Positions 18,095-27,868 are shown, numbered from the stretch's first letter. The stretch: 64,000 nt of DNA from Blastocatellales bacterium (GCA_050247435.1 JBFWUF010000044.1:321-64320); one strand, 5' to 3'. Numbers and translations: made by a program. Notes: generated from the letters alone by a model not told the origin.

Positions 18095-19705
18095 TCACAT
18101 CTCCAATGCTCGCGGGCTGCGCATCCGCTCGTTGATCGGCGTGACGCTTGCGCCGCCAGCGCTGATTGCCATGTGATCCTTCGCCCAGTTGCGCAGTGAC
18201 TCGACCTGCTCGCGCTTGATGACGCTCGTGGGTTGAATCTGCCTGGCGCGTTCAGCAATGTCCGCTGTTGTCACTTCACGCTCGCCGTCCATAAACGCGC
18301 GCAGCAGGCCCGCTTTGACCGTCGCCTCGATCTCCGCGCCGGAGAAGCCCTCGGTGGTCTCGGCCAACTCGTCCAGGTCGAAGCTGCCGGAATCGCGCTC
18401 TCGCTTGCGCAGATGCACTGCAAAGATTTCGCGCCGATCTTCAATCGTGGGCAGATCAACGAAGACAATGTGTGAAAAGCGTCCTTGCCGCGTCTGCTCC
18501 GCCGCCAGACCGCGAACGTCGTTGGCCGTGCCGATCACAAACACGTCCGATTGCTCCTGCATCCAGTTGAGCAGGTAGGCGATGGTGCGCGCCGTCTCTC
18601 CACCATCGGTTTTGGCCGATGATTCAAGCCCGCCAACGGCCTTCTCGAACTCGCTGATGCCGAGGATGCCTTTGAGCGTCGTAGCGATGGAAAGAGCGCG
18701 TTTGATCGTCATCGCCGATGATCCGATTACGCCGCCGCCTTCGCCCATCACGCTGCCGAAATCGAGATCGAGAAGCGATTTGCCCAGTACCGACGAAGCG
18801 ATCTTCTTGGTCAGGTCTTTGCCGCAACCGGGCAGGCCGACCATCAGCAACCCCTTCATCGGCTCGACTCCGTAAGCGCGCGCAGCGGGAGTGAATGTCG
18901 CCGCAGCTTCGGTCAGAATCTGTCGTAGGTTGTGATAGCCGCCGAGATGATCCGCAGGCTCGGCGTGCGTGTAAGTGAGCGCGCCTGTCCCCTTAATGAC
19001 CGACTTCTTCTCGTCGAGGATTACGGGCAGGGCCTCAGCAGTGAGACCATTGCCGCTGATGATGGCTTTCGCCAGCACGTTCTCGATGTCCGATTCGGTC
19101 AGTCCGAGCAGAGCCTGGACGAGCTGTTCCCGGAGCCGCTCGTCAACCTCGACACGAACCTCGCCGGCTTTGAGGTTTTGCATCTGCGCATCGAGCATCG
19201 CAGTCACTTCGCGTTCATCTGGCAGCGGAAGCTCTATGACCTTGATCTCCTTTTCCAAAGCTGAGACGTCGGGCAAGTTTCGCTCGACAAACAACACGTT
19301 GATGTGTCGCCCTTTGATCTCCCACGCGAGTTCGCGCAGCCGGCGGACCAGTTGCGGGTCTTCCTGGCCATACGGCGCGAAATAGGGACTGTAATCGCAG
19401 AGCACGAACAGTCCTTTCTTCTGCTGAGCGATGTACTCAAGCGCGCTCATTGCGTCCTGCGTGTCAGGGATCAGAATCTCTTTCTGACCCTTCAGTTCGG
19501 CGCCGAGAACCTGCCGCAGGCCGGTCGTGCGACTCCAGATAAACAAGCCTTTCTCTTTCTCGCGATGACACTTCAACCGTGCGACCGCGCTCATGATGCG
19601 GTGAAAGCGTCCTTCCTCCGGCGTGTTGACCGCGATCAGCGGGTAGCGGGCGCGGATCAACACGTCGAGTTCAGTAACGATCTTTTCCAGATTTTCCTGT
19701 GACAT
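18095..19705 (-). CDS. AAA+ ATPase (CDC48/FtsH-like AAA module in the C-terminal half), 536 aa
   Basis: GLLMVGLPGCGKD (Walker A, with the unusual GKD), sensor-1 region VFVIGTAND, Arg-finger-like RQGRFSHIVFVDLP. GAGGAG RBS. Confidence 0.75.
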   Translation of the reverse strand: MSQENLEKIVTELDVLIRARYPLIAVNTPEEGRFHRIMSAVARLKCHREKEKGLFIWSRTTGLRQVLGAELKGQKEILIPDTQDAMSALEYIAQQKKGLFVLCDYSPYFAPYGQEDPQLVRRLRELAWEIKGRHINVLFVERNLPDVSALEKEIKVIELPLPDEREVTAMLDAQMQNLKAGEVRVEVDERLREQLVQALLGLTESDIENVLAKAIISGNGLTAEALPVILDEKKSVIKGTGALTYTHAEPADHLGGYHNLRQILTEAAATFTPAARAYGVEPMKGLLMVGLPGCGKDLTKKIASSVLGKSLLDLDFGSVMGEGGGVIGSSAMTIKRALSIATTLKGILGISEFEKAVGGLESSAKTDGGETARTIAYLLNWMQEQSDVFVIGTANDVRGLAAEQTRQGRFSHIVFVDLPTIEDRREIFAVHLRKRERDSGSFDLDELAETTEGFSGAEIEATVKAGLLRAFMDGEREVTTADIAERARQIQPTSVIKREQVESLRNWAKDHMAISAGGASVTPINERMRSPRALEM

Positions 19706-19729
19706 TGGCTCCTCATGGATTAATGATGG

Positions 19730-21034
19730 TTACAGTTCCAGCGCAGCCAGACGGTTCGGTTGACCAATCGCGTGCGCGTCGCGATAGCAGAGCTGGACGA
19801 TGTCGTCCAAAACCGCCTTGACCGATGCGTTGCTTGTTCGCCGCTTGTTCTTTCCGGTCGGTTTGGCCGCGAGCCTTTCGAGATTATTGAGGAGCTGATC
19901 CAATTCCGAATCGGACTGAAAGTTCATCAGCCGGAACCAACGGGTCAGGTTCCGCGCCTTCTTCGCCGTCGCGCCGGGAAGGAAATCGTGTTTCTCAAGC
20001 GCCTCCTGCATCGCCACAGCCGATTCGTAAATCTGCGCGCGCAATTGGGCCGCGCCTTCCTGTAATGGGCTAAGCGTCTCCTGGAGCTTTTCACGCGCGG
20101 CGTCGAGCTTCATCTGACGAATGCGCTCTTTCACTTCAGCTTCGCGCTTCCGTTCGTCCTCTTCAGCAGTCAGTTTGAGACGAAGGCTTTCCTGTTCGCT
20201 CCACATCTGCTGCTGAATTGTTCTCTCGGCTGCGTTCACGCGCAGTCGTTCGACCCGGCGTTCATCTTCAATCTGCTCGACGCGGCGACGCTCTTCAGCG
20301 GCCAGACGCTGCTCGCGGAGCATTTCGCTGCCCAGCAAAATCACTCCCACCTGAAAACGCAGAGCCAGCTTTTGACGAAGTTCGTCTTCAGTCGGAAATG
20401 CGCTGAGCACGCTGCTGATTACGCGCCCCTCGAAGTCTTCTGGCACGATGGCGCCGGTAGCTTCGAGCCGTTGCGCGGAATCGGCGGCCACCTGCCTGAG
20501 CGTGACAATCACTTCCCGCCGAATGTCATCGTACTGATCAAGGACCTTCCGCCTGGCTTCGTTCAGGTTGTCGCAGGCTTTGTTGAATGCCGATTCGAAC
20601 TCGGTGAAGGCGCGCCACGGAACCCAGCGATACGCCGGAGTCTCAAAAAGAGTTTCGGTCAAGCGGAAGTGATAACTGTATTTATGCAGCGCCGTATGCG
20701 CCTGCGAGACGGGCGTGAGCAGCGGCCGCCGGAAACGATTGGGCAACAGGCCGCAGCGCGGCGGGGTAAAAGCAACATCGGTGTTTTCAGGCAATTGGAC
20801 TCCCAGCGCCTGCCAGTCCAGTCTGCGGTCAAGAATTCCGAAGCCGGTCGCATCCACATTAATGAAGACGCCTTCTTCTTCCAGGGCGGAAAGATCGAAC
20901 GGCAGGCGTTCAATCTCTTCAGTGCTGCGATCCGTCCGCGCGGCGGCGACGGCGGCGCGATGATTGCCGTTAGAAACGATGGCAGCTTCCTGCTGAAATT
21001 GCGCCGGAGTGAATGGAAATACATTGGTACTCAT
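19730..21034 (-). CDS. hypothetical protein with a long coiled-coil, E/R-rich central region (434 aa)
   Basis: AAGGAGAG RBS. Its stop lies 25 bp upstream of the AAA+ start, so it is probably in the same operon. Confidence 0.5.
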   Translation of the reverse strand: MSTNVFPFTPAQFQQEAAIVSNGNHRAAVAAARTDRSTEEIERLPFDLSALEEEGVFINVDATGFGILDRRLDWQALGVQLPENTDVAFTPPRCGLLPNRFRRPLLTPVSQAHTALHKYSYHFRLTETLFETPAYRWVPWRAFTEFESAFNKACDNLNEARRKVLDQYDDIRREVIVTLRQVAADSAQRLEATGAIVPEDFEGRVISSVLSAFPTEDELRQKLALRFQVGVILLGSEMLREQRLAAEERRRVEQIEDERRVERLRVNAAERTIQQQMWSEQESLRLKLTAEEDERKREAEVKERIRQMKLDAAREKLQETLSPLQEGAAQLRAQIYESAVAMQEALEKHDFLPGATAKKARNLTRWFRLMNFQSDSELDQLLNNLERLAAKPTGKNKRRTSNASVKAVLDDIVQLCYRDAHAIGQPNRLAALEL

Positions 21035-21108
21035 TTTGACTCTCCTTGTCAGTGAATGATGAGAGCAAAGCTCTGTTCAGAGATTGCAGACAGCTTCTTT
21101 TTCGGTGT

Positions 21109-21170
21109 GTCATTGCCACAGGCTCAATTGAGAAGGCTGACCTGTGGGATGAGCGGTGGAAGGTTTGCGC
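21109..21170. repeat. 62-bp direct repeat, copy A (degenerate copy of the 3' end of the helicase-C gene)
   Basis: About 80% identical to 21775..21836 with the same internal spacing. Conserved blocks are GTCAYTGCCACAGGCTCAAYTGAG and GATGAGCGGYGGAAGGTTTGCGC. On the minus strand it encodes a pseudo C-terminal tail ...KPSTAHPTGQPSQLSLWQ*. Confidence 0.8.
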
Positions 21171-21231
21171 ATGTTCTTTGCTTGGCTCGCAATTTTGAAA
21201 CGCGTCCTCATCGGCGACATCCGTGAACAAT

Positions 21232-21492
21232 TCACAGTCCCGAATCAGCGTCCGAAATCTCGTAATCGCCATCAACGATGCGCTCGTACTCTTCGCGGTG
21301 CCGGCGGGCTTCGTAGTGGCGCTCAAGCAGGCAGTCCGGGCAGACGCCGTCTTCAAGCTCGCTTACCGGCCAGGTGTGGCCGCACTCCCCGCATTGCGCA
21401 AGTTCCTCTTCAGCGTATTCGGCCAACGAGTCAGCGTCTTCGGCGCCGTGGCCGTAGATGTCATCGAGTGAATTGGGTTCCGGATATGCCAC
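21232..21492 (-). CDS. small zinc-ribbon protein (86 aa)
   Basis: CGECGH...CPDC pair of CxxC motifs in an acidic protein. Confidence 0.45.
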   Translation of the reverse strand: MAYPEPNSLDDIYGHGAEDADSLAEYAEEELAQCGECGHTWPVSELEDGVCPDCLLERHYEARRHREEYERIVDGDYEISDADSGL

Positions 21493-21774
21493 AGGTTTGT
21501 CTCCTTTCGCTGGTCAGTCCATATCGTCGAGGGCAGCCAGCGCCGCGTCGAGATGAACGCGGAATGAATTGGTTTCATCGTCATCCATCACCGCGCGCGC
21601 CAACCGGTCGGCGCCATTGAGCAGTTACTCGATCAGGCAAAGCGCCGTCACCCTGTCGTCGTCAAAGGAAAGCGCGTGACCCACTAATCGGGCTATCGTC
21701 ACGTCGGGCGTTTCATCCCGCTTGTTCATCGGTTCATCTCCTTTCGTCGGTTCGTGGTTTTCGGAAATCGGAGT

Positions 21775-21836
21775 GTCACTGCCACAGGCTCAACTGAGCG
21801 GGTTGATTCGTGCGATGAGCGGCGGAAGGTTTGCGC
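21775..21836. repeat. 62-bp direct repeat, copy B (authentic 3' end of the helicase-C gene: ...AAHRTNQPAQLSLWQ*)
   Basis: See copy A. Confidence 0.8.
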
Positions 21837-23335
21837 CCGCTCTTTTGTGGCGCCTGATCCCGTAAATCGTCGAGCGTGATTTGACGGCGAGATAGCTCCC
21901 CGTCGCCAGCGGCGACCGCTTTGAGTGAAGATTCTTTCTCTTCCGAGTGAGATGGCGCCGTCTGATCGTCCACTGGTTGGGCTGATGTGACTGAAACAGG
22001 AGTAATCTCGAGTTGGGCGGAGACCGCCTCGGATGGCTGAACGGATTCCTCAACGCCTGGCGCGCAATTTCGGAGCGCGTCTTCCTCGAGGGCTATGAAT
22101 TCCTGTCTGTCATCAATCTGCGAACCGTCTTCTTTGAGCGATTGATTGACGCGTCGAAACTGCGCCTGAAGCTCCTCGTACTTCCGCGCGTAGTCCCATC
22201 CTCTGGCCAACTCCTGCTCAATCGTCCGCTGTTTATGTTTGAGGTCCGCCTGATTTTTCAAGGCGCGTTGAAGGTGGGCGTCAATCGCGTTGAGCTGCGC
22301 GTCAATGGATTGGATTGTTCCCTGCGCCGATTCGCCGAAGTTGAATGTGTAAAGCAGCTTGCTGTCCGGCGCGCACAGGGATCCTTCGACTGACGTGAGA
22401 AATGTTTCGCCAAACTCCCGCTGACGTTTCGCCAGGATTTGGAAGCCGCGATAGGCGCCGATCAGGCAATATTCAAAATCGAGCCTCATCCCAATCTCAC
22501 GGCGGAGCTTGTCGAGATGCTCTCCGGCTTGCGGGCGCTGATCAAATTTGAGCCATTCATCGCGACCGATAGATCGCTTGAGTTTGATCGCGAACGCGCC
22601 ATCGGGGAATGAGTTTCGATCACGGATGGCGAGAGCCTGCTCATGACCGGCGACGCGCTGGTCAGCTTCGCGAATCCTGTCCGGCAACGATTCAAGCTCC
22701 CATTTCAGATTGCGGCGGCCGTTGCGCCAGACAATGTAAAGACGTGACAAGCGCGCGAGTTCGACCTCAATGGAGACTCTTTCGAGGATACGCGGATTGC
22801 CGCTGGCGATGGCTTTGACCTGCGCTGCCGTCATCACCATATCGTCCACATCTTCGGATGACCGAGCCGTCACTTCGCCAGCCATTATCTGGCTGATGAA
22901 CCGGGCTTTGTTCTCCAGCGTCTGCCACATGAAGCCGTCGAAGGAGCCTTCCGTGACGTAATTGAAAATTCTGACCTCAGGATAGCGGTTGCCTTGACGC
23001 AAGATGCGGCCTTCGCGCTGCTCTACATCAGCCGGACGCCATGGGGCATCGAGGTGGTGGAGCGCATACAACCGCTCCTGCATGTTGACGCCCGTCCCTG
23101 CCTTTTCCGTGCTGGCGATCATCACGCGAATCTTTCCGGCGATCGCTTCCGCGAAAGCTCTGGCCTTTTTCGCCGGGGTGTCGAAGTCGTGAATGAAGGC
23201 GATCTCGCCAGCGGGGATGCCGCGCCTGATCAACTCGCGCTTGATCTCACCGTAAATGCCCAGCCGGTCAAGACGCTCACTTTGCGTTTCGATGACACGA
23301 CCGTCCTCTTCAACGATGATTTCTTCGTTTGTCAT
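21776..23335 (-). CDS. SNF2-type helicase C-terminal domain protein, the C-terminal part of a DarB-like methyltransferase-helicase
   Basis: Helicase motifs V/VI: GTGVNMQ ... LHHLDAPWRPADVEQREGRILRQGN. Confidence 0.75.
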   Translation of the reverse strand: MTNEEIIVEEDGRVIETQSERLDRLGIYGEIKRELIRRGIPAGEIAFIHDFDTPAKKARAFAEAIAGKIRVMIASTEKAGTGVNMQERLYALHHLDAPWRPADVEQREGRILRQGNRYPEVRIFNYVTEGSFDGFMWQTLENKARFISQIMAGEVTARSSEDVDDMVMTAAQVKAIASGNPRILERVSIEVELARLSRLYIVWRNGRRNLKWELESLPDRIREADQRVAGHEQALAIRDRNSFPDGAFAIKLKRSIGRDEWLKFDQRPQAGEHLDKLRREIGMRLDFEYCLIGAYRGFQILAKRQREFGETFLTSVEGSLCAPDSKLLYTFNFGESAQGTIQSIDAQLNAIDAHLQRALKNQADLKHKQRTIEQELARGWDYARKYEELQAQFRRVNQSLKEDGSQIDDRQEFIALEEDALRNCAPGVEESVQPSEAVSAQLEITPVSVTSAQPVDDQTAPSHSEEKESSLKAVAAGDGELSRRQITLDDLRDQAPQKSGRKPSAAHRTNQPAQLSLWQ

Positions 23336-23336
23336 T

Positions 23337-23362
23337 ATTGTGATTGGCGATTGTGATTGGCG
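23337..23362. repeat. 13-bp tandem direct repeat x2 (ATTGTGATTGGCG ATTGTGATTGGCG)
   Basis: Lies immediately 5' of the start codon of the helicase-C ORF in the 38-bp gap after the 136-aa ORF. No Shine-Dalgarno there. Confidence 0.85.
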
Positions 23363-23373
23363 GCAGGAAGGTT

Positions 23374-23784
23374 TTAGTAAGAGCAGTCGGTGCAGACACT
23401 GCCCAGCTCGGCTGTGCGATTGTAGATTTCCCCAAGCGTGAGAGTCACGCTCTGTCCTTCGGAGTTGATCGCATAGGCTTCACCGATAAGATAGCGCATC
23501 TTTTCAGAGCCGATCTCCATCACTACCGCGACGTAATCAGGCGCCAAATGTTCGGCTAGCAAGCTGAGGAAATCCACGCCATCCCACTCACCCGATTCGT
23601 CGTTGTGACGGGTAAGCGGAATGCCCGCCTCATTCCCGCTATTGAGAAATCCATAAAGAACCACATCGCCTTCGGACTTGGTAATCATTTCGAGACTGAA
23701 CTCTTCGCAAAATTTCTTGAACAATTCCACGTCTTTGACCGCAAAGTAGTTTGATCTGAAAGTCGCAGTGTAATTAGCCATCAC
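23374..23784 (-). CDS. hypothetical protein (136 aa) encoded between the two halves of the split methyltransferase-helicase
   Basis: GTG start overlapping the upstream stop (GTGATGGCTAA). No recognisable motif. Confidence 0.4.
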   Translation of the reverse strand: MMANYTATFRSNYFAVKDVELFKKFCEEFSLEMITKSEGDVVLYGFLNSGNEAGIPLTRHNDESGEWDGVDFLSLLAEHLAPDYVAVVMEIGSEKMRYLIGEAYAINSEGQSVTLTLGEIYNRTAELGSVCTDCSY

Positions 23785-26700
23785 CGTTGCTCCTTTCTGT
23801 CAGCCTGTCGCTTCGACCCTTCGGAGTCGAAACGTCCAAAAACACAAGCTGCACGCCGCGAGTATTTTGGGATTCGCGATAGAGCCGTTCGATGTTGTCA
23901 ACGAGCGCCATCACCTTCGACCGCGCAGGGCGAGGTGAATCCGGTTTGACGAGCCGGATGTCGAGAGCGGCCTTCCGTCCATCGCTCGTCACCTTCAACA
24001 TATTGTCAGCGTGCGGTGAGACTCGGCGGCCCTTGATGGCTTCCACCCGGCGGGCAAGTTCGTGGACGTACTTCTTTAATTCATCGCTGGCCGGAACGCT
24101 GACGATCTCAGGTCTGCCGCCTTTGAGCTTTGGTCGAGGCAGATTCAATTCGGCGGCGGATTTAACATCCAGCGCCTGCTGCCAGAGCTTGGAAAGTTCG
24201 GGAATGTTGGTGAATTTGTTGAAACGCGTGTTCATTCGGAACCCTGACCCGTCCGGCGTCATCTCCAGCGACTGTGTGGTTTCGGCGAACTGCTGAACCC
24301 AGGCGTCGAAGTGGTCGAGGCCAAGCTCCTGCAAGGTTTCAAGCTGAAGATACTTCTGGCAAACGTAGACTTCGGCGAGGGTGTTACTCACCGGCGTGGC
24401 GGTGGCGCAAATTACGCGCCCGCCGTTTTCCAAAACTGAGCGCACTTTGATAAAGCAGTCAAACGCGCGCTGTGAATCGGTATTGGGTAGCCCAGCGACG
24501 CGGCTCATCTTTGTCGGGCAATAGAGATTCTTGTAGTAGTGGAATTCGTCAATGAAGAGCGTATCAATGCCCAACTCTTCCCAGGTGATCGTGTCGCTGG
24601 CGATGCGTTTGATTTGTTGATTGGCGCTGTCGAGTCTCGCCTTGAGCTTTTTGATCGCGCGCTGAATCTCCTTGACGCTGCGTTTGTTGTTGCCACTGGC
24701 CGACTCGAAATCTTCAAGATACTCGGTGAGCGTATCAATCTCCTGCTGAATGTAGCCCCTGGCAGTATCGGGATTGAGCGGCAGCATCTTGAAGGCAGTC
24801 TGGGGGATGATAATGGCGTCGTAATCCGAGGTGGCGATTCGGCTGAGCAGTTCGCCGCGTTGGGACGCGGTCAGATGCTCCTTGCCGGGAGCGAGTAGTC
24901 GAATGTTCGGATATAAACGAATCGCTTCGGCGGCCCATTGCGCGGGCAGATGATTCGGAACCACGATCAGCGATTTGTGACAGAGGCCGAGACGTTTGAG
25001 TTCCATCGCCGCAGCGATCATCGTGAATGTCTTGCCCGCGCCGACACAATGTGCGAGCAGTGTGGCCTTTGATTGGAGGATTCGCCAGATGGAATTATTC
25101 TGGTGAGAGTAGAGCGTGATGTCGGCGGACATCCCGGGCAGCGCGAGATGGCCGCCATCGTATTCGCGCTTGCGATAAGCGTTGAACCTATCGTTATAGA
25201 TTCTGACGAGAGTCGCCGCCCGTTCGTCATCTTGCCAAACCCATTTGGCGAACCGCTGCTTGATCTCAAGCTGTTTGGCTTGCGCGGCGATGGTCTCATT
25301 ATCGTTGACGACGCGGCGCACGCCGCCGTCGGCGTCTCTGACTTCGTCGGTGATCGTTGTTGTCCTCAAGTTGAGTATGTCTTCGATCAGCTCAAAGGCG
25401 TTCGCCCGCGAAGTTCCCCAGGACTGCGTCGCCTCTACGGAAGAGCGGGACCAGGCGCTGTTGTTCTCGATCTTCCAGATGGCGAGCGCCGGGATGAATG
25501 TAACCTTGCCGTTGAATGATGGGACGAGCGATGAAACGAAGTCGCTGACGACCTTTTCGGGAACCCACGCCGATCCGAGTCTGACGATGATCTCGTCGCG
25601 TCCGAGATCGGCGGGTTGAACGGCTTTCAGCGCCTCGACGTTCTTCTGAAACCTCGGATTGAATTGGGCGGCCCGCTCAGCCTCGCGCAGCTTCTGTCTG
25701 ACCTCGCCGGACAGGTAGTCATCGGCCGTAGTGAACTCGCCGCTCGGCGTTTCATAAATCAGCCCATCGAGCGCGGCGAGAACCTCCGGCTCCGGCTGTT
25801 GGCACAATCTGACGATGTAATCGAGGTCAACCCGGCCTTTGTCATTCAGCGAAACAAGCAAGGCCTCCTTCGGCGCGCATCTGGTCGGTTGTTGGCGCGC
25901 CGGACGAATCGTCCGTTCGGAAAAGAGAGGCGCCTTGTTGTAGCGGTTCTTCCCGACGGGAATTTCCAAAGCTTTGAGAAAAGGAACGACAGGGCTGTGC
26001 GGACTGAGCTTTTTGACGTTCCCATTGATCGGACCGAAGCGCATCTTGAATTGGGAGTAGGCATCGGAGAGTTCCTGTTGTTTCTCCTTCAACTCGTCAT
26101 CCGAGGCGTCGCGGAGTTGCAGCCTGATGACCTCTTTGGCCGCGACGTAAATCCTGAGCAGTTCGTTGACGCAGGTTCGGTCACGTTCCGAAAGCTCACT
26201 TTGATCCGTTGCCGCCAGGAAATCCTCCCGGTCGGAAAGCGGGCTGCCTGTTTCAAGCTCAGCCTGTACGGCGAAAGCGCAATAGCCGTTGGCGGGAAGC
26301 TGCGCGATCAGTGTCTGCGCCAGACTCGCTGCGAGATCACGGCCATCATCCTTGAGCAAAAACTCCTCGCGCTCATACATCCCGCGCCCAAAGCAAGGCT
26401 GGCCGAGCATCCATTCGGGATGAGCGATGAAGAGTTTGTTGACGCATATTTCACGCTCGTCTTCCTCATTGTCGCTAAGCGTGATCTCGCCGACATCAAT
26501 CCAATCATCTTGCGACGCCCGCAACGATTGAATGCGTTTGCGGAGGATCAACACGTCCGTAACGACTTCAGTTCCTGCATTGGCCCGGAAAGCGCTGCGT
26601 GGCAGACGCGCCGCGGCGAGAAGCTCGGCGTGAGTCGCCAGATATTGCCGAACCTTCGGCGATTTCTTGTCGAGCGTGTACCTGGACGTGATGAAGGCGA

Positions 26701-27502
26701 TGATGCCGCCAGGTTTGACGAGTCGCAGCGATCTAACAAAGAAGTAATCGTGAATCGAGGCTTTGAGAAAGCTTTCCCTGACACCCACATCCGCAATGGC
26801 GTAATTGCCAAACGGGACATTCGAGATGACCAGATCGAAGTAGTTCTCAGGCAGCGGCGTCTCTTCAAACGGCTGAATGAAGACGCGAGTTTGTGGGTAG
26901 AGGCGTTGCAGGATGCGGCCTGTAAGCGAGTCAATCTCAATAGCCACTCGTTCGGAATTCGCCTTGAGGTTTTGTGGCAGCGCGCCGAGAAAATGGCCAA
27001 CGCCAGCGGCAGGTTCAAGAATTCGAAGCTTTGTTCTCCCTGATGAGCCGAGCGCGACCGATTGACCGGAATCCAGTTCAAGAATTCTGCCCCCGCTGCG
27101 CATAGCGATGCCGAAATGATCGAGCGCCTCGTAGATCGCGCGAATGATCGGCAGACTTGTGAAATGAGCGTTGAGTGAGCTGGCGAGCAGGCCTTTGATC
27201 TCATCCGGCGTGAGCAACTCTGCCAGTTCAGCGCACGGACGCGACCACGAATAGGTCCCGCTGGGGAAGGCGCGACTGAGGGCATCGGAGTCGCCCCAGC
27301 CAGTGTACCGGGCAAGAGTTCGTTGCTCTTCAGGCGTCAACTCGCCAGGCGGATGCGATTCGGCTTCGAGTCGCTTGAGCAGCGTGATTGCGGCGACATT
27401 GAATTTAAGGCGCGAAGCCGCGCCACTCAAATCCGACAGATCATCGTCATGATCGAAGCGGAAGTCTGCCGTGTTGACATCGGTGACCAAAGCAGCCTGC
27501 AT
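23774..27502 (-). CDS. N6-adenine DNA methyltransferase fused to an SNF2-type helicase N-lobe (phage P1 DarB-like antirestriction-type protein), 1242 aa
   Basis: MTase motif IV NVPFG with an upstream Rossmann motif (LEPAAGVGHF). Helicase motif I CVGAGKTFT, motif II LFIDEFHYYKN, motif III CATATPVSN. GGGAGA RBS. Confidence 0.8.
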   Translation of the reverse strand: MQAALVTDVNTADFRFDHDDDLSDLSGAASRLKFNVAAITLLKRLEAESHPPGELTPEEQRTLARYTGWGDSDALSRAFPSGTYSWSRPCAELAELLTPDEIKGLLASSLNAHFTSLPIIRAIYEALDHFGIAMRSGGRILELDSGQSVALGSSGRTKLRILEPAAGVGHFLGALPQNLKANSERVAIEIDSLTGRILQRLYPQTRVFIQPFEETPLPENYFDLVISNVPFGNYAIADVGVRESFLKASIHDYFFVRSLRLVKPGGIIAFITSRYTLDKKSPKVRQYLATHAELLAAARLPRSAFRANAGTEVVTDVLILRKRIQSLRASQDDWIDVGEITLSDNEEDEREICVNKLFIAHPEWMLGQPCFGRGMYEREEFLLKDDGRDLAASLAQTLIAQLPANGYCAFAVQAELETGSPLSDREDFLAATDQSELSERDRTCVNELLRIYVAAKEVIRLQLRDASDDELKEKQQELSDAYSQFKMRFGPINGNVKKLSPHSPVVPFLKALEIPVGKNRYNKAPLFSERTIRPARQQPTRCAPKEALLVSLNDKGRVDLDYIVRLCQQPEPEVLAALDGLIYETPSGEFTTADDYLSGEVRQKLREAERAAQFNPRFQKNVEALKAVQPADLGRDEIIVRLGSAWVPEKVVSDFVSSLVPSFNGKVTFIPALAIWKIENNSAWSRSSVEATQSWGTSRANAFELIEDILNLRTTTITDEVRDADGGVRRVVNDNETIAAQAKQLEIKQRFAKWVWQDDERAATLVRIYNDRFNAYRKREYDGGHLALPGMSADITLYSHQNNSIWRILQSKATLLAHCVGAGKTFTMIAAAMELKRLGLCHKSLIVVPNHLPAQWAAEAIRLYPNIRLLAPGKEHLTASQRGELLSRIATSDYDAIIIPQTAFKMLPLNPDTARGYIQQEIDTLTEYLEDFESASGNNKRSVKEIQRAIKKLKARLDSANQQIKRIASDTITWEELGIDTLFIDEFHYYKNLYCPTKMSRVAGLPNTDSQRAFDCFIKVRSVLENGGRVICATATPVSNTLAEVYVCQKYLQLETLQELGLDHFDAWVQQFAETTQSLEMTPDGSGFRMNTRFNKFTNIPELSKLWQQALDVKSAAELNLPRPKLKGGRPEIVSVPASDELKKYVHELARRVEAIKGRRVSPHADNMLKVTSDGRKAALDIRLVKPDSPRPARSKVMALVDNIERLYRESQNTRGVQLVFLDVSTPKGRSDRLTERSNGDG

Positions 27503-27628
27503 AACGAATCTCCCTTATGATCCAAGATTGACCAAATAACCGCGCTGGTCATCGGTGCTTCGTTCTATGCAAACCGCTCAGGTTTTCCTTGCTTGAGAAG
27601 TCAATCGGAGAGGAAGGAGGCGTTTATA

Positions 27629-27868
27629 TCAATTATCACGCCCCTCGAATAACGGACCGAGCGCCATTGCGACGCGAATTGTTTCCATAAGGAAAAAGTT
27701 GGTGAGAGTCATCGGCCAGATTCGCTCGAACTCGCTCGGATCTGAACCTGGATAGACGTTGGTGAATCTCATTCGTGCAATCTTTTTCCAATACGCGACG
27801 ATCTCATTGATGAGATCGATCAGTTCAGACAGTCTGGGCTGGCGCTTTGGATTCGGGCTGCTTTTCAT
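27629..27868 (-). CDS. hypothetical small protein (79 aa)
   Basis: ORF in the divergent promoter region. No motif. Confidence 0.3.
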   Translation of the reverse strand: MKSSPNPKRQPRLSELIDLINEIVAYWKKIARMRFTNVYPGSDPSEFERIWPMTLTNFFLMETIRVAMALGPLFEGRDN

